From Deltaproteobacteria bacterium (GTDB taxonomy: Bacteria; Myxococcota_A; UBA9042; PHBI01; JACKFB01): DNA of 64,000 nucleotides. Of the stretch, positions 31,342 through 42,436 are shown one piece after another; position 1 is the stretch's first letter, and every line of letters begins with the position of its first letter. Location: the NCBI GenBank assembly GCA_020632695.1, contig JACKFB010000013.1, forward strand, positions 119-64,118. The letters run 5' to 3'. A program made the position numbers and the translations under genes. A model generated the notes under the pieces. That model saw only the letters and a program-made list of their open reading frames with translations, had not been told where the DNA came from and made no database searches.

Positions 31342-33077
31342 GGCAGCATCTCCTCCAGGGCGGCGAGGCCGGTGAGCACCCGGGCGGCGCCGGTGGCGTA
31401 GAGCGAGGCTTCGACGAGCCCGGCGTCCTCGCCGGGGGCGATCACGCCGATGGGAACGACGCCGGCGGCGCGGGCCGAGCGGATGTCGTCGGGGGTGTCG
31501 CCGACCATCCAGGCGCTCCGGACGCCGAGCTGGGACAGCGCGGCGCGCACCACGGTCGGATCGGGCTTGGCCGGGCCGTCCTCCATGCAGACGACCGCGC
31601 CGAAGAGATCGGCGATGCCTTGCTCCTCGAGGAACCGGACGGCGTCGCGGCGGGGCCGCCCGGTGACCACGGCCAGGTCCAGCCGGTGGGCCAGGCGCTC
31701 GAGCAGCGGCCGGCCGCCGAGGAGGCGCTCGGTGCTGCGGAGGCCCGGAGTGTCGCCCTCGCCCTGGTAGAGCGCCTCGAAGCGCCGGGTGACGTCCTCG
31801 AGCGAGGCCTCTACGCCGCGCGCGGCCATCAGCTCGCGGGTGAGCACCCAGTCGTTGTTGGCGTTGCCGCGCGCCTTGGCCCTGGCGATGGCGTCGTGGT
31901 CCAGGGTGACGCCGAAGCTCATGGCCGTCTCGATGATCGCCCGCCGGTAGCTGCCGGACACGTCGGCCAGCACGCCGTCCATGTCGAAGATCAGCGCCTC
32001 GGGGGCCAGGGTCGCCCGCAGCGCGCGGGACAGGCGCGCGGCGTCGTCGGGGTCGCCGGGGCAGGTGATGCGGCAGGCGCCGTCGAGCTCGGGGTGGCCC
32101 GGCCACACGCGGACGCCGATGCCCAGGCCGGCCAGCCCGTCCCGCAGCCAGGCGGCGCGCGGCGTGCGGCCGAAGACGAAGTTGCCCTGAGACGGCAGGG
32201 CGTCGACGCCCAGGTCGGTGAGCTGAGCGAAGAGCTCCGCGCGCTCGGTGCGGATGCGGTCGACGAAGCGGCGCATGGCCTCGTGCCCCTCGGCGACCTG
32301 GCGGCAGCCCAGCAGCACCGAGGGCGCCGACACGGCGTAGGGGTTGCCGGCGGCGCGCAGCCAGCCGACGTAGCGCGCCGGCCCCAGGGCGTAGCCGATG
32401 CGCAGCCCGGCGAGGCCCCACGCCTTCGACAGCGTGCGGAACACGATGGCGTTGGGCAGGGTCAGCGCCACCGAGGTCAGCTCCTCGTCGGCGAACTCGC
32501 CGTAGGCCAGGTCCACCAGCAGCATCGCGCGTGGGGCGGCGGCCGACAGGCGGCGCAGGTCCTCGGCGCTGGCGACGGCGCCGGTGGGGTTGTTGGGGGT
32601 GACGACTGCGATGGCGGCGGTAGCGTCGGTGACCTCGGCGATGACGGCGTCGGTGGGGAAGGCGCCGCGCGGCCACGGCACCTCGCGCACCTCGGCGCCC
32701 ACCAGCGTGGCGTAGCGCCCGATCATCTCGAAGGTGGGGACCGGCAGGATGAGCTCGCGACCCGGCGCCAGCAGCGAGCGCGCCGCCCGGTCGAGGGCGT
32801 CGTCGCCGCCCGAGGTCACCAGGACCTCCTCGGGCGTGAGGCTGTAGACCTCGGCCAGCACCTTCTCGAGCGCGGTGGCCTTGGGGTAGCGGCGGGCCAG
32901 CTCCGGGTCGGCGCTGGCCAGCGGCGCCCACACCGACGGCGAGGGGCGCTGGCCCTCGTTGCCGTCCAGCACCAGGTCCACGGGCGCCGGGTGGCGCGGG
33001 ACCCGGTAGGGCACCAGGCCGGCGATGGCGGGGGAGGGGGCCGGTCCGGGCGTCGGGCTGTCGGCCGCGGCGCTCAC
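31338..33077 (-). CDS. hisC: Histidinol-phosphate aminotransferase fused to a C-terminal HAD-family phosphatase (putative histidinol-phosphatase)
   Basis: GTG 33077 overlaps the hisG stop (GTGA). Class-II aminotransferase body has PLP Lys in [17 protein letters not shown]-terminal [21 protein letters not shown]...[14 protein letters not shown] carries HAD motifs I-IV. Stop overlaps the hisB start (ATGA). Confidence 0.82.
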   Translation of the reverse strand: MSAAADSPTPGPAPSPAIAGLVPYRVPRHPAPVDLVLDGNEGQRPSPSVWAPLASADPELARRYPKATALEKVLAEVYSLTPEEVLVTSGGDDALDRAARSLLAPGRELILPVPTFEMIGRYATLVGAEVREVPWPRGAFPTDAVIAEVTDATAAIAVVTPNNPTGAVASAEDLRRLSAAAPRAMLLVDLAYGEFADEELTSVALTLPNAIVFRTLSKAWGLAGLRIGYALGPARYVGWLRAAGNPYAVSAPSVLLGCRQVAEGHEAMRRFVDRIRTERAELFAQLTDLGVDALPSQGNFVFGRTPRAAWLRDGLAGLGIGVRVWPGHPELDGACRITCPGDPDDAARLSRALRATLAPEALIFDMDGVLADVSGSYRRAIIETAMSFGVTLDHDAIARAKARGNANNDWVLTRELMAARGVEASLEDVTRRFEALYQGEGDTPGLRSTERLLGGRPLLERLAHRLDLAVVTGRPRRDAVRFLEEQGIADLFGAVVCMEDGPAKPDPTVVRAALSQLGVRSAWMVGDTPDDIRSARAAGVVPIGVIAPGEDAGLVEASLYATGAARVLTGLAALEEMLP

Positions 33078-33952
33078 GGGACGATCTGGGCGAGGGTGGA
33101 CACGACGATGTCGGTGCCGCCCCGGGACTTCAGGAGCGGGATGAGCTCGGGGAGCTGGGCGCGCGGCACGGCGGCCTTCACCGCGTAGCCGGCGTCGCCG
33201 TGCAGCCGCGACACCGTCGGCTCGCGCATGCACGGCAGCACCTCGATGAGCGACTCGAGCTGCGCGCCCGGGACGTTGAGCTCGACCATCACGCGGCGGC
33301 GCGCCTCGATGACCGAGCGCATCAGCAGCACCACGTGCTCGATGGCCGCGCGCTTCTCCGGCACGTCCAGCGCCTTGGGGTGCGCGTAGAGCCGGGTCGA
33401 GGAGCGCATCAGCTCGTCGACGATCTCCAGCCCGTTGGCCCGCAGGGTGCTGCCGGTGGCGGTGTTGTCGACGATGCAGTCGGCGTCCTCGGGCGGGAAC
33501 ACCTCGGTGGCCCCGTACGAGCGCACGAAGACCGCGTCCAGCCCCTGGCGCGCGATCCACTGGCGGGTCATGCGCTCGTACTCCGACGCGACCACCAGGC
33601 GCGAGGCCGGCAGCCGCCCGTCGACGACGATCTCGCGCGGCGCCGCCGCCACGATGCGCACCGGGTCCAGCCCCGTGTCGAGGACCTCGACCAGCTCGGC
33701 CTCCAGCTCGGCCACCCAGTCGGCGCCCGCGAAGCCGAAGTCCCGCGAGCCCAGGTGCAGCATCTCGACGATGTTCTGCGGCTTGAGGATCTTCGTGTCG
33801 AAGCCCGGCAGCGAGATGGTCGGGCGGTAGCCGCGCTCGCTCGAGCGCACCTGGATGCCCGCGTCGGCCAGCAGGGCGAACACTCCCTCCTGCATGCGGC
33901 CCTTGGGGAGGGCCAGCCGGACGGCGGCCTGATTGTCGGAGGCGGCGATCAT
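33074..33952 (-). CDS. hisG: ATP phosphoribosyltransferase (long form with C-terminal regulatory domain)
   Basis: [33 protein letters not shown]... 292 aa, HisG-long architecture. Confidence 0.9.
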   Translation of the reverse strand: MIAASDNQAAVRLALPKGRMQEGVFALLADAGIQVRSSERGYRPTISLPGFDTKILKPQNIVEMLHLGSRDFGFAGADWVAELEAELVEVLDTGLDPVRIVAAAPREIVVDGRLPASRLVVASEYERMTRQWIARQGLDAVFVRSYGATEVFPPEDADCIVDNTATGSTLRANGLEIVDELMRSSTRLYAHPKALDVPEKRAAIEHVVLLMRSVIEARRRVMVELNVPGAQLESLIEVLPCMREPTVSRLHGDAGYAVKAAVPRAQLPELIPLLKSRGGTDIVVSTLAQIVP

Positions 33953-34239
33953 CGGGTTCCTCGTCGATCGGGGTCAGGCGATGGGGCGCCGACGAGGTCG
34001 CGAGACCAGACGCCGGCACCGGGGGAAGGGAGGCCAGCGTGGGTGTTGCGGTGCGCGCGCGCGCCTAGACCAACGCCGTCCAGCCCCCGTGGGGGTGGTG
34101 ATGGCGATGGAGATGGGCCTCGAGCCGCGTCATGCAGCGAGCTATCGCACACCGGCCGCCCCGGATCCAGGGGAAACGTCCCGTCCAGCGCCGCCGCCGC
34201 CGCCGACGTTGCGCCTTCGCGGGCCTTCAGCCACCTTGG

Positions 34240-36078
34240 ATGGCGGCACGTCACGTCGGCGCCCCGACGGACGACAAGGTGCGGTGCGACGTGGACTTTG
34301 CGATCGTCTGGGTGTTCGGCGTCACGGCGCTGGCGCTCGTCCTCTTCGTCAGCGGCCGCGTGTCGGTCGATCAGGTGGCCATCGCGGTCCCCGTGCTCCT
34401 GCTCCTGGGAGGCGTCGTCACGCCCGAGCAGGCCGTCGCCGGGCTCTCCAGCCGCGTGACGGTGACCGTCGCCGCCATCCTGGTCCTGGGCCTCGGCCTC
34501 GAGAAGAGCGGCGCCGTCGACGCGGTCGGCCGCTGGGCCGTGGCCGCGCCGCTGGGCGGCCCCAGGACCCGCCTCTTCCTCATCTGCCTCATCGCCGGCC
34601 TGGTCTCGCCCTTCCTCAACAACACCGCGGTGGTCGCCGTGCTCCTGCCGGTGGTCATCCGCGTCGCCCGCTCCGTCGACCGGCCCCCCTCGACGATGCT
34701 CATCCCGCTGAGCTACGCCGCCATCCTCGGCGGCACGATCACGCTCATCGGCACCTCGACCAACCTCGTCGTCCACGGCATGGCCCAGAGCCGCGGCCTC
34801 GACGCCCTCTCGATGTTCTCCATCGCGCCGCTCGGCCTCATCTACTTCGGGGTCGGGCTGCTCTACCTCTTCACCGTCGGCGCCTGGCTGCTCCCCCGCC
34901 GCGAGCCGCCCCCCGACCTCGCGCGCCACTACGACGTGCGCAGCTTCGAGACCGAGCTGGTCGTCACCGCCGAAAGCCCCGCCGTGGGCTCTTCCCTGGC
35001 GGCGCTAGGCTGGGCCGACACCTATGGCGTCCTGGTGCGCTCGATCCACCGCCCGAGCACCGGCCAGGCCTTCTCGGGCCCCCGCACCCCCCTGGCCGAG
35101 GGCGACCTGCTGCTGGTCCGCGGTCAGAGCGCCCAGCTCGTCCTGCTGGCCGCCGAACAGCGCCTGGCCGGCCCGGCCGACGTCTCCCGCTACGGCCGCG
35201 AGCTGGACGACGAGGAGGGCCATCTGGTCGAGCTGATGGTCGGCCCGGGCTCGCACCTCATCGACCGCACCCTGCGCCAGATCCGCTTCCAGAGCCGCTA
35301 CGGCGTCGTGGTCGTCGGCATCCAGCACCACGGCCGCGCCGTGCCCTCGCGCCTGGGCGACGTGCGCCTCGCCGTCGGCGACCTGCTGCTGGTCCAAGGC
35401 CGCGCCGACGCCCTCGAGACCCTCGTCCGCATCCGCGGCCTGGTCCCGCTCGGCGAGCGCGACCACCCCCGCCCCACCCAGCGCTGGCGGGCCGTCCTGG
35501 CCGCCTGCATCCTGGTCGCCGTCGTGGCCACGGCCGGCCTGGGCCTGACCTCGATCCTGGCCTCGGCCATGGTCGGCGTCGTGGCGCTGGTCTTCACCGG
35601 CTGCCTGCGTCTGGACGACATCTACCGGGACATGGACTGGCGCGTCATCGCCCTGCTGGCCGGCCTGGTCCCCCTCGGCCTCGCCATGGACTCCAGCGGC
35701 GCCTCGCGGCTCATCGCCGACCTCGTCGCGGGCGCCATCCACGGCCTCCCACCGGCCGCCGCCATCGGCCTCATCTACCTCTTCGCCTCGCTGATCACCG
35801 AGATCATGTCCAACGCCGCCGCCGCGCTGCTGCTGACCCCCATCGCCCTGGAGGTCGCCCACGCCACCCACGCCAACCCCTACGCCCTCATCGTGGCCGT
35901 GATGTTCGGGTGCTCGGCCAGCTTCATGACCCCGATGGGCTACCAGACCAACGCGATGGTGCACGGCCCGGGAGGCTACCGCTTCATCGACTTCGTGCGC
36001 GTCGGTCTGCCGCTCAACCTGCTGCTGCTGGCGCTGGCGAGCCTGCTCATCCCGCTCTTCTGGCCCGTCGGCGGGTGA
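34240..36078 (+). CDS. SLC13/DASS-family permease with two central TrkA-C (RCK_C) domains
   Basis: ATG 34240. N- and C-terminal transporter halves (…FLNNTAVVAVLLP… / …SNAAAALLLTPIAL…) flank two RCK_C-like segments. Track ORFs 33933.. and 34132.. carry 5' extensions. Confidence 0.8.
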   Translation: MAARHVGAPTDDKVRCDVDFAIVWVFGVTALALVLFVSGRVSVDQVAIAVPVLLLLGGVVTPEQAVAGLSSRVTVTVAAILVLGLGLEKSGAVDAVGRWAVAAPLGGPRTRLFLICLIAGLVSPFLNNTAVVAVLLPVVIRVARSVDRPPSTMLIPLSYAAILGGTITLIGTSTNLVVHGMAQSRGLDALSMFSIAPLGLIYFGVGLLYLFTVGAWLLPRREPPPDLARHYDVRSFETELVVTAESPAVGSSLAALGWADTYGVLVRSIHRPSTGQAFSGPRTPLAEGDLLLVRGQSAQLVLLAAEQRLAGPADVSRYGRELDDEEGHLVELMVGPGSHLIDRTLRQIRFQSRYGVVVVGIQHHGRAVPSRLGDVRLAVGDLLLVQGRADALETLVRIRGLVPLGERDHPRPTQRWRAVLAACILVAVVATAGLGLTSILASAMVGVVALVFTGCLRLDDIYRDMDWRVIALLAGLVPLGLAMDSSGASRLIADLVAGAIHGLPPAAAIGLIYLFASLITEIMSNAAAALLLTPIALEVAHATHANPYALIVAVMFGCSASFMTPMGYQTNAMVHGPGGYRFIDFVRVGLPLNLLLLALASLLIPLFWPVGG

Positions 36079-36103
36079 GCTCGGCGAGGACGGCTGCCGC
36101 CTC

Positions 36104-37180
36104 TCAAGGCAGCAGCGTCATCCGGATGGAGCGCGGCACGGTCACCATCGCCTCGGTGCTGGCGATCATCGCCCAGCCGTAGCGGCCCGGCGGCAGCTTG
36201 TCGCCGATGGCGTCCAGGCGCAGGTTCGACGCGAAGAAGCCGTTGGTGGTCACCGAACTCTCGTAGACGAAGAGCGCCTGGCCGCCGTCCTCCGGCAGCA
36301 CCATGAAGTAGAGGCGCGTGAGGCCGGGGTCGACCTGCCCGGAGAGCCGGTAGGTCACCTCGCGCTCGAACAGGCGCGCCGGGACGCCCTCGACCCACTG
36401 CACGCCCATGTCGGCGAAGGCGTCTCGCGGGACCTCGCTGGGCGCCTCGGGCCCCAGCAGCAGCGGCCCCAGGCCCGCGGGGCGGAACACGCCGTCGTCG
36501 GTGGCCGGCAGGCGGGTGCACCCGAAGGGCGCCGTGCGGCCCACGAAGCGCGCGGGCAGCGTCTCGCTCCACAGGTTCTCGACCTGGAAGTGCAGGTGCG
36601 GCCCGGAGAGCTGGCCGCTGAGGCCGGTCGCGCCGAGCACGGCTCCCGCGGCGACCGACTGGCCGGGGCTCACGGTGGCGCTGCCCTCGGCCAGGTGCAC
36701 GTACTCGGTGAACAGGCCGCCGCCGTGATCCAGGAGCACGTAGTTGGCGTCGTCGGCGTAGCTGTCGTCGTCGCCGGAGGCGGTCGAGTCGTCGCGCACC
36801 AGGGTGACGATGCCCGGAGCCGCCGCGTGCACCTCGGTGCCCAGCGGCACGTCGAAGTCCCAGGCGTAGCGGAGGCGCCCCGTGTGGGTCGGGCCCTGGT
36901 CGTTGCCCTGGCTCACCGTCGCGGCGTCGCCGTCGCCGAGCGGGATCAGCAGCGTGAGCGGGACGGGGGTGCCCTGGGCGCGGGCGTCGTCCCAGAGCGC
37001 GGAGGTCGTCGGCGGGACGGCGATGTCGGGGCAGGGGTGGCCCTCGGGCACCACCCGCGCGGGGGTGCCGCCCCCGGAGTCGCACGCGGGCAGCCCGGCG
37101 CCGGCGAGCGCGAGCAGGAGCCCCAACGCAGCGGCCGGCGCGAGGCGCGACGAGGTGGGCGTGTGAGAGGGTGTCGACAT
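36104..37180 (-). CDS. M23-family (LytM) metallopeptidase lipoprotein
   Basis: ATG 37180. MSTPSHTPTSSRLAPAAALGLLLALAGAGLPACDSGG lipobox. HTGRLRYAWDF...HLHFQV covers the HxxxD and HxH zinc ligands. Confidence 0.8.
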   Translation of the reverse strand: MSTPSHTPTSSRLAPAAALGLLLALAGAGLPACDSGGGTPARVVPEGHPCPDIAVPPTTSALWDDARAQGTPVPLTLLIPLGDGDAATVSQGNDQGPTHTGRLRYAWDFDVPLGTEVHAAAPGIVTLVRDDSTASGDDDSYADDANYVLLDHGGGLFTEYVHLAEGSATVSPGQSVAAGAVLGATGLSGQLSGPHLHFQVENLWSETLPARFVGRTAPFGCTRLPATDDGVFRPAGLGPLLLGPEAPSEVPRDAFADMGVQWVEGVPARLFEREVTYRLSGQVDPGLTRLYFMVLPEDGGQALFVYESSVTTNGFFASNLRLDAIGDKLPPGRYGWAMIASTEAMVTVPRSIRMTLLP

Positions 37181-37439
37181 GTGCTCCCGTCGCCTGGCTG
37201 GCTCACGTGATTCCATGCACTTCCGAGCCTCGGTTTCATGCTGGCAGCATGCGCCGTCGGCTCCGAAGCGCCTGGCATCGCGTCGCTGGCACCCGGCTCG
37301 GTCCGCATACGTCAACACCCGCTGGGGCGCGGCGCGCATGCTGGCGAGCGTACGCGCATCCCGTCCTGGCGCAAACCGGTGGTCTTGCGAAGCGCCGGAC
37401 CCCCTGCGACACTTCACGTCCTGTCCCGAGGAGGTGTTC

Positions 37440-39374
37440 GTGTCGCAGGCATTCTTCGTGTTGCGGATCGTGCCGCCGGACGGTGCGCCGGAAGAGCGGG
37501 AGATCCACGCGAGCACCACGGTGCTCGGGCGGAAGTCCGGGGACATCATCATCGCCGACGCCGGCGCGTCGGGTCAGCACGCCGAGCTGGTGCTCGAGCG
37601 CGGGCGCCTGGTGGTGCGGGACCTGGGCAGCACCAACGGCATCCTCTTCGACAACAAGATCGTGCGCGAGCCCTTCCCGCTGGGCGCGGGAGAGTCGTTC
37701 CAGATCGGGCGCACGCGCTTCGAGATCGTCAGCCTGTCGGCGCCGCCGCCGACCGCGCCGCGCGTCGAGCGTCCGCCCGAGCCGGAGGAGCCGAGCGAGA
37801 AGACGGTGATGGCGCAGCCGGTGTTCCTGGACGAGGACTTCGACTCGCCGCCGGCTCAGGCCCGGCCGGCGCAGGCCCCGCCGGCTCAGGCCCGGCCGGC
37901 GCAGGCCCCGCCCGCTCAGGCCCCGCCGGCGCAGAAGCCGGGCGCCTTCCAGACGGCCAGCTTCGAGCTGGAGCCGCGGCAGCGCGAGGCGATCATGAAG
38001 GGCGCGGCTCCGCTGGCCGAGGAGCCGATGGAGAAGACGGCCTTCCTGCAGGCGGACGAGGCGCCGGGCTCACGCCCCGTGCAGCCCGCCGAGGAGGTGC
38101 CGGAGAAGACGGCCTTCCTGCAGCCCGAGTCGGCGCCTCCTCCGCGCCGCCCCGAGCCCGCACCGGTCGAGGCCGAGAAGACGGCCTTCCTGCAGGCCGA
38201 TTCGGTGTCGGCGCCCCCTGCGCGGCGCCCGGAGCCGGTGCCGATGGAGGCGGAGAAGACCGCCTTCATGCAGGCAGGCGACGCGGGCCCCGACGACGGC
38301 TTCGGGGCCGGGGACGAGGACCGGGCGACCTGGTTGCCCGACAGCGGCGAGCAGGTGGCGCGGGTGGCCATCGGCGGAGAGCGCGGCGTCGATCGACAGG
38401 TCGCGGCGCGCGTGGAGGCCGAGCCGACGGCCTTCGTCCAGGCCACCGGCTGGGACGGTGGCGGCGGCGGCGGCGGCGACGACGACTGGGCGCAGGCCGC
38501 CGCGTCGGGCCCCCCTCCGGCCGCGGCGCCGCAGGTGGCGCTGGAGCCGGGCATCGACGTCCGGATGGACTTCGCGGCGACCGGCGGGGAGCTCTTCGGT
38601 CAGCTCATCGTCGGCATGGTGCTGACGCTGGTGACGCTGGGGATCTACCTGCCTTGGTTCATCGCGCGCCTGGCGTCCTACGCCAGCTCGCGGACGACGA
38701 TCACCAGCGCCCGCAGCCAGACGCGATTGGGCTTCTCCGGCGAGGGCAAGGAGCTCTTCATCCTCGGGCTGAAGGGATACGTCCTCACCGTCCTCACCCT
38801 CGGGATCTACGGCTTCTGGTTCCTCTGCGACCTGATCCGCTTCTTCACCGAGCGCGCCGCGGGCCAGTCCAGCGACGGGACCCGCTACGAGGTGCGCTTC
38901 GGCATGACCGGCATGGAGCTGCTCAAGGCCAGCATCGTCGGCTACGTCCTGACCCTGGTGACCCTGGGCATCTACGCGCCGTGGTTCATCTGTCGCGTGC
39001 GGGCGCTGATGTCCGAGCGCACGACGCTCTACGCCAACGGCCAGGAGGCCGGGAGCTTCGAGTTCCACGGCAGCGGCGGCGGCCTCTTCAAGACCTTCAT
39101 CGTCGGCTACCTCCTGACCATGGTGACCTTCGGCATCTACGCCGCCTGGTTCCAGGTGAAGCTGAAGCGCTTCTTCCTCGAGCACACGCTGGTGCGTACG
39201 CGCGGCCGGGCCTTCCAGGGCCTCTTCACCGGCAGCGGCAAGGACCTCTTCGTGATCCTGATCGTGGGCGGGCTGCTCACCTCGATCACCTTCGGCGTCT
39301 ACTTCTTCTGGTTCTTCGCCAAGCAGCAGCGCTTCGTCATCGGCAACACGGCGTTCCGCGAAGTGCAGGCCTGA
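37440..39374 (+). CDS. FHA domain – EKTAFLQ repeat linker – DUF898 (YjgN-like) membrane protein
   Basis: GTG 37440 with GAGGAGG 6 nt upstream. FHA region is TVLGRKSGDIIIADAGASGQHAELV...LGSTNGILFDNKIV. Four or five copies of (M)EKTAFLQ(A/P)xxAP sit in a Pro/Ala-rich linker. The C-terminus has repeated LTLVTLGIYxPWF TM pairs typical of DUF898. Confidence 0.75.
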   Translation: MSQAFFVLRIVPPDGAPEEREIHASTTVLGRKSGDIIIADAGASGQHAELVLERGRLVVRDLGSTNGILFDNKIVREPFPLGAGESFQIGRTRFEIVSLSAPPPTAPRVERPPEPEEPSEKTVMAQPVFLDEDFDSPPAQARPAQAPPAQARPAQAPPAQAPPAQKPGAFQTASFELEPRQREAIMKGAAPLAEEPMEKTAFLQADEAPGSRPVQPAEEVPEKTAFLQPESAPPPRRPEPAPVEAEKTAFLQADSVSAPPARRPEPVPMEAEKTAFMQAGDAGPDDGFGAGDEDRATWLPDSGEQVARVAIGGERGVDRQVAARVEAEPTAFVQATGWDGGGGGGGDDDWAQAAASGPPPAAAPQVALEPGIDVRMDFAATGGELFGQLIVGMVLTLVTLGIYLPWFIARLASYASSRTTITSARSQTRLGFSGEGKELFILGLKGYVLTVLTLGIYGFWFLCDLIRFFTERAAGQSSDGTRYEVRFGMTGMELLKASIVGYVLTLVTLGIYAPWFICRVRALMSERTTLYANGQEAGSFEFHGSGGGLFKTFIVGYLLTMVTFGIYAAWFQVKLKRFFLEHTLVRTRGRAFQGLFTGSGKDLFVILIVGGLLTSITFGVYFFWFFAKQQRFVIGNTAFREVQA

Positions 39375-39503
39375 CGACGGCCGACGCGGATCCTGCGAGT
39401 CGCCGGCCTCGCCCCGGGTAGCTGCGGGGATTGGCGCTTCAGGCATCGCGGCCCCCTGCCGATGGAGCCGGGGTAGCCGCGATGTCGTTCTGTGCTTGAC
39501 TCA

Positions 39504-39522
39504 GTAATGACAATCATTATCA
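39504..39522 (+). promoter_or_regulatory. Fur box upstream of bfd-bfr
   Basis: GTAATGACAATCATTATCA against consensus GATAATGATAATCATTATC (about 16/19 matches). It sits in an AT-rich island about 45 nt upstream of the bfd ATG. Confidence 0.65.
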
Positions 39523-39563
39523 ATAGACTCCAGCAGGCCGCTGCGCCGGCCGGGAGCAACACG

Positions 39564-39782
39564 ATGATCGTCTGCCTCTGTCACTCGATTTCCGACCGCG
39601 AGGTCCGCGAACACGTCGAGCACGGCTGCCGCACGGTGGGGCAGGTGGGGCGCGCGTGCGGCGCGGGGACCGACTGCGGTCAGTGCGTCAACCAGCTCGC
39701 CCGCATGGTGCGAGCCGCGGCGCCCTCGAGCCCCGGCGGTGAGCCAGGGGTGCCCATCGCGCAACAGCCGCGAGTCCTGTAG
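39564..39782 (+). CDS. bfd: Bacterioferritin-associated ferredoxin (BFD-like [2Fe-2S] domain)
   Basis: MIVCLCHSISDREVREHVEHGCRTVGQVGRACGAGTDCGQCV, the four Cys of the BFD fold. The track ORF starting at 39492 runs through the Fur box and is rejected. Confidence 0.8.
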   Translation: MIVCLCHSISDREVREHVEHGCRTVGQVGRACGAGTDCGQCVNQLARMVRAAAPSSPGGEPGVPIAQQPRVL

Positions 39783-39815
39783 GCTCCCCCGGCCCCCCCG
39801 AACCGAGGAAGCACC

Positions 39816-40295
39816 ATGGGCAAGAAGTCCGAACGCGCCGAGATCATCCGGTTGCTCAACGAGGTCCTGACCGGCGAGCTCACCGCGATCAACCAGTACT
39901 TCATCCACGCCAAGATGTGCGAGAACTGGGGGTACCGCCGGCTGCACTCGATCATCCGCAAGGAGTCCATCGAGGAGATGGTCCACGCGGAGGAGCTGAT
40001 GGAGCGGGTGCTCTTCCTGGGCGGGGTCCCGAACGTGCAGCGCCTGGGCAAGGTCAACGTCGGTGAGACCGTCAAGGAGCAGCTCACCCTCGACCGCGCC
40101 GTGGAGGCCGAGGCCATCCCGCGCCTCAACGAGGCCATCGCCGTCTGCCGCGACGCCGGCGACAACGGCAGCCGCATGCTGCTGGAGAAGATCCTCCACG
40201 ACGAGGAGGAGCACATCGACTGGATCGACGCCCAGCTCACCCTCATCGAACAGGTGGGGCTGGAGAACTGGCTGACCCAGCAGATCCACGACTGA
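39816..40295 (+). CDS. bfr: Bacterioferritin
   Basis: [40 protein letters not shown]...[12 protein letters not shown], full-length Bfr with ferroxidase ligands and haem Met. Confidence 0.92.
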   Translation: MGKKSERAEIIRLLNEVLTGELTAINQYFIHAKMCENWGYRRLHSIIRKESIEEMVHAEELMERVLFLGGVPNVQRLGKVNVGETVKEQLTLDRAVEAEAIPRLNEAIAVCRDAGDNGSRMLLEKILHDEEEHIDWIDAQLTLIEQVGLENWLTQQIHD

Positions 40296-40360
40296 GGGGA
40301 GCCGGTCACCGGGGCGGCGGCTGCGGCGGCTGGGGGACTTCAGGGGCTCGGTGGGGGACG

Positions 40361-42346
40361 TCAGTCGAAGCCCAGCGCCACGGCCTCGTAGGCCCGGATC
40401 TGGTCGCGCAGCTCGGCGGCGCGCTCGTACTCGAGGGCCTTGGCCGCGGCGACCATCTCCTTCTTCAGGGCGTCGATGCGCTTCTGCGCCTGGGCCGGCG
40501 TCAGGCGCTTGTCGGGCTTGCCCCCCGCCTCGCCGCCCTCGGCGGCCGGGACCTCCAGCGGCCTCAGGGTCCGGATCGTCGACTCGGGGACGATGCCGTG
40601 CGCCTCGTTGTGGGCGATCTGCCGCGCGCGCCGCCGCTCGGTCTCCTCGATGGCGCGCTTCATCGAGTCGGTCATCCGGTCAGCGTACAGGATCACGCCA
40701 CCCTCGACGTTGCGCGCGGCGCGCCCGATGGTCTGGATGAGGCTGCGCGCGCTGCGCAAGAAGCCTTCCTTGTCGGCGTCGAGGATGGCCACCAGCCCCA
40801 CCTCGGGAAGGTCCAGCCCCTCGCGTAGCAGGTTGATCCCCACCAGCACGTCGAAGGTCCCGCGCCGCAGCTCGTCGAGCAGCTCGACCCGCTCGAGGGT
40901 GTCGATGTCCGAGTGCAGGTAACGCACCTTCACCCCGAGCTCGCGGTAGTACTCCGTCAGATCCTCGGCCATGCGCTTGGTCAGCGTCGTGATCAGCACC
41001 CGCTGCCCGCGCCCCACCCGCGCCCGGATCTCGCCCAGGAGGTCGTCCACCTGATGGGTGACCGGCCGGATGTCCACCTGCGGGTCCACCAGCCCGGTCG
41101 GGCGGATGATCTGCTCCACCACGACGCCGCCCGCGCGGTCCAGCTCGTACTCGCCCGGCGTGGCGCTCATGTAGATGACCTTGCGGGCGCGGGCGTCGAA
41201 CTCCTCGAACTTCAGCGGCCGGTTGTCCAGCGCGCTCGGCAGCCTGAAGCCGAAGTCGACCAGCGTCTGCTTGCGCGCCTGGTCCCCCCGGAACATCCCG
41301 CCGATCTGCGGGATGGCCACGTGGGACTCGTCGATGACCATCAGGAAGTCCGACGGGAAGTAGTCGATGAGCACCGGCGGCGGGTCGCCGGGGCGGGCGC
41401 CGGTCAGGTGGCGCGAGTAGTTCTCGATGCCGTAGCAGAAGCCCACCTGCGACAGCATCTCCAGGTCGTAGCTCGTCCGCTGGCCCAGGCGCTGCGCCTC
41501 CAGCTCCTTGCCCTCGGCCCGCAGCTCCTCGAGGCGCTGCTCCAGCTCCTCCCGGATCCCGCGCGTCGCCCGCTCGAGCTGGTCCGCCGGGGTCACATAG
41601 TGGCTGCCGGGGAAGATCTCGACGAAATCGAGCTGCTCCAGCACGGTCCCCCGCAGCGGGTCCACCAGCGCGATGGACTCGACCTCGTCGCCCCAGAGCT
41701 CCAGCCGGATGGCCCGCTCCTCCTCGTAGGCCGGGAACACCTCGATGACGTCGCCGCGCACCCGGAAGGTGCCGCGGTGGAAGTCGTAGTCGTTGCGCTG
41801 GTACTGGATGTCGACGAGCTGCCGCAGCAGCCGGTCGCGCCGCACCGTCGCGCCGGCGTCCACCCGCACCAGCATGTCGCGGTAGGTCTCCTTGTCGCCG
41901 ATGCCGTAGATGCAGGACACGCTGGCCACGATGATGACGTCGCGGCGCTCGATGACCGCCCGCGTGGCCGCGTGGCGCATCCGGTCGATGGCCTCGTTGA
42001 TGAGGGCGTCCTTCTCGATGAAGGTGTCCGTCGACGGGACGTAGGCCTCGGGCTGGTAATAGTCGTAATAGCTGACGAAATACTCCACCGCGTTGTGCGG
42101 GAAGAACTGCTTCAGCTCGGTGTAGAGCTGCGCCGCCAGCGTCTTGTTGGGCGCCAGCACCAGGGTCGGCACGCCGGCCTGGGTGATGACGTTGGCGACG
42201 GTGAAGGTCTTGCCGGTGCCGGTCGCGCCCAGCAGCACCTGGTGGGCGACGCCCGCGCGCAGGCCCGAGACCAGCTCCTCGATGGCCTGGGGCTGGTCGC
42301 CCATGGGTTCGTAGGACGCGACGAGCTGGAAGGGGCGATCGGACAT
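40361..42346 (-). CDS. uvrB: Excinuclease ABC subunit B
   Basis: ATG 42346 ([29 protein letters not shown]...[10 protein letters not shown]...). The C-terminal UvrB/UvrC interaction helix is present. The track ORF 40361..43411 has a long spurious N-terminal extension. Confidence 0.95.
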   Translation of the reverse strand: MSDRPFQLVASYEPMGDQPQAIEELVSGLRAGVAHQVLLGATGTGKTFTVANVITQAGVPTLVLAPNKTLAAQLYTELKQFFPHNAVEYFVSYYDYYQPEAYVPSTDTFIEKDALINEAIDRMRHAATRAVIERRDVIIVASVSCIYGIGDKETYRDMLVRVDAGATVRRDRLLRQLVDIQYQRNDYDFHRGTFRVRGDVIEVFPAYEEERAIRLELWGDEVESIALVDPLRGTVLEQLDFVEIFPGSHYVTPADQLERATRGIREELEQRLEELRAEGKELEAQRLGQRTSYDLEMLSQVGFCYGIENYSRHLTGARPGDPPPVLIDYFPSDFLMVIDESHVAIPQIGGMFRGDQARKQTLVDFGFRLPSALDNRPLKFEEFDARARKVIYMSATPGEYELDRAGGVVVEQIIRPTGLVDPQVDIRPVTHQVDDLLGEIRARVGRGQRVLITTLTKRMAEDLTEYYRELGVKVRYLHSDIDTLERVELLDELRRGTFDVLVGINLLREGLDLPEVGLVAILDADKEGFLRSARSLIQTIGRAARNVEGGVILYADRMTDSMKRAIEETERRRARQIAHNEAHGIVPESTIRTLRPLEVPAAEGGEAGGKPDKRLTPAQAQKRIDALKKEMVAAAKALEYERAAELRDQIRAYEAVALGFD

Positions 42347-42436
42347 GGGCGCTCCGCGGGCAGGGCTTCGGATCGATAGGCCGACCGGCGCCGCGACACA
42401 AGCCCATGGTCGCGACGGTGCGAGCCGCCCCGCGGC

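Noticed and set aside
31338-34019. 893 aa ORF covering hisC plus upstream sequence; also 30748..32931 and 29385..30881 long ORFs
   Set aside because: In each case only the 3' segment matches a his enzyme. The upstream parts overlap the neighbouring his gene in another frame and translate to Arg/Pro-rich junk. Real starts were taken at the ATG or GTG that overlaps the upstream stop.
40296-40360. Possible bidirectional terminator between bfr and uvrB
   Set aside because: Only weak, imperfect GC-rich inverted repeats and no U-tract. Not convincing enough to call.
42347-42436. LexA/SOS box upstream of uvrB
   Set aside because: No clear match to a LexA consensus was recognisable by eye in the uvrB upstream region. 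A PWM scan would be needed.
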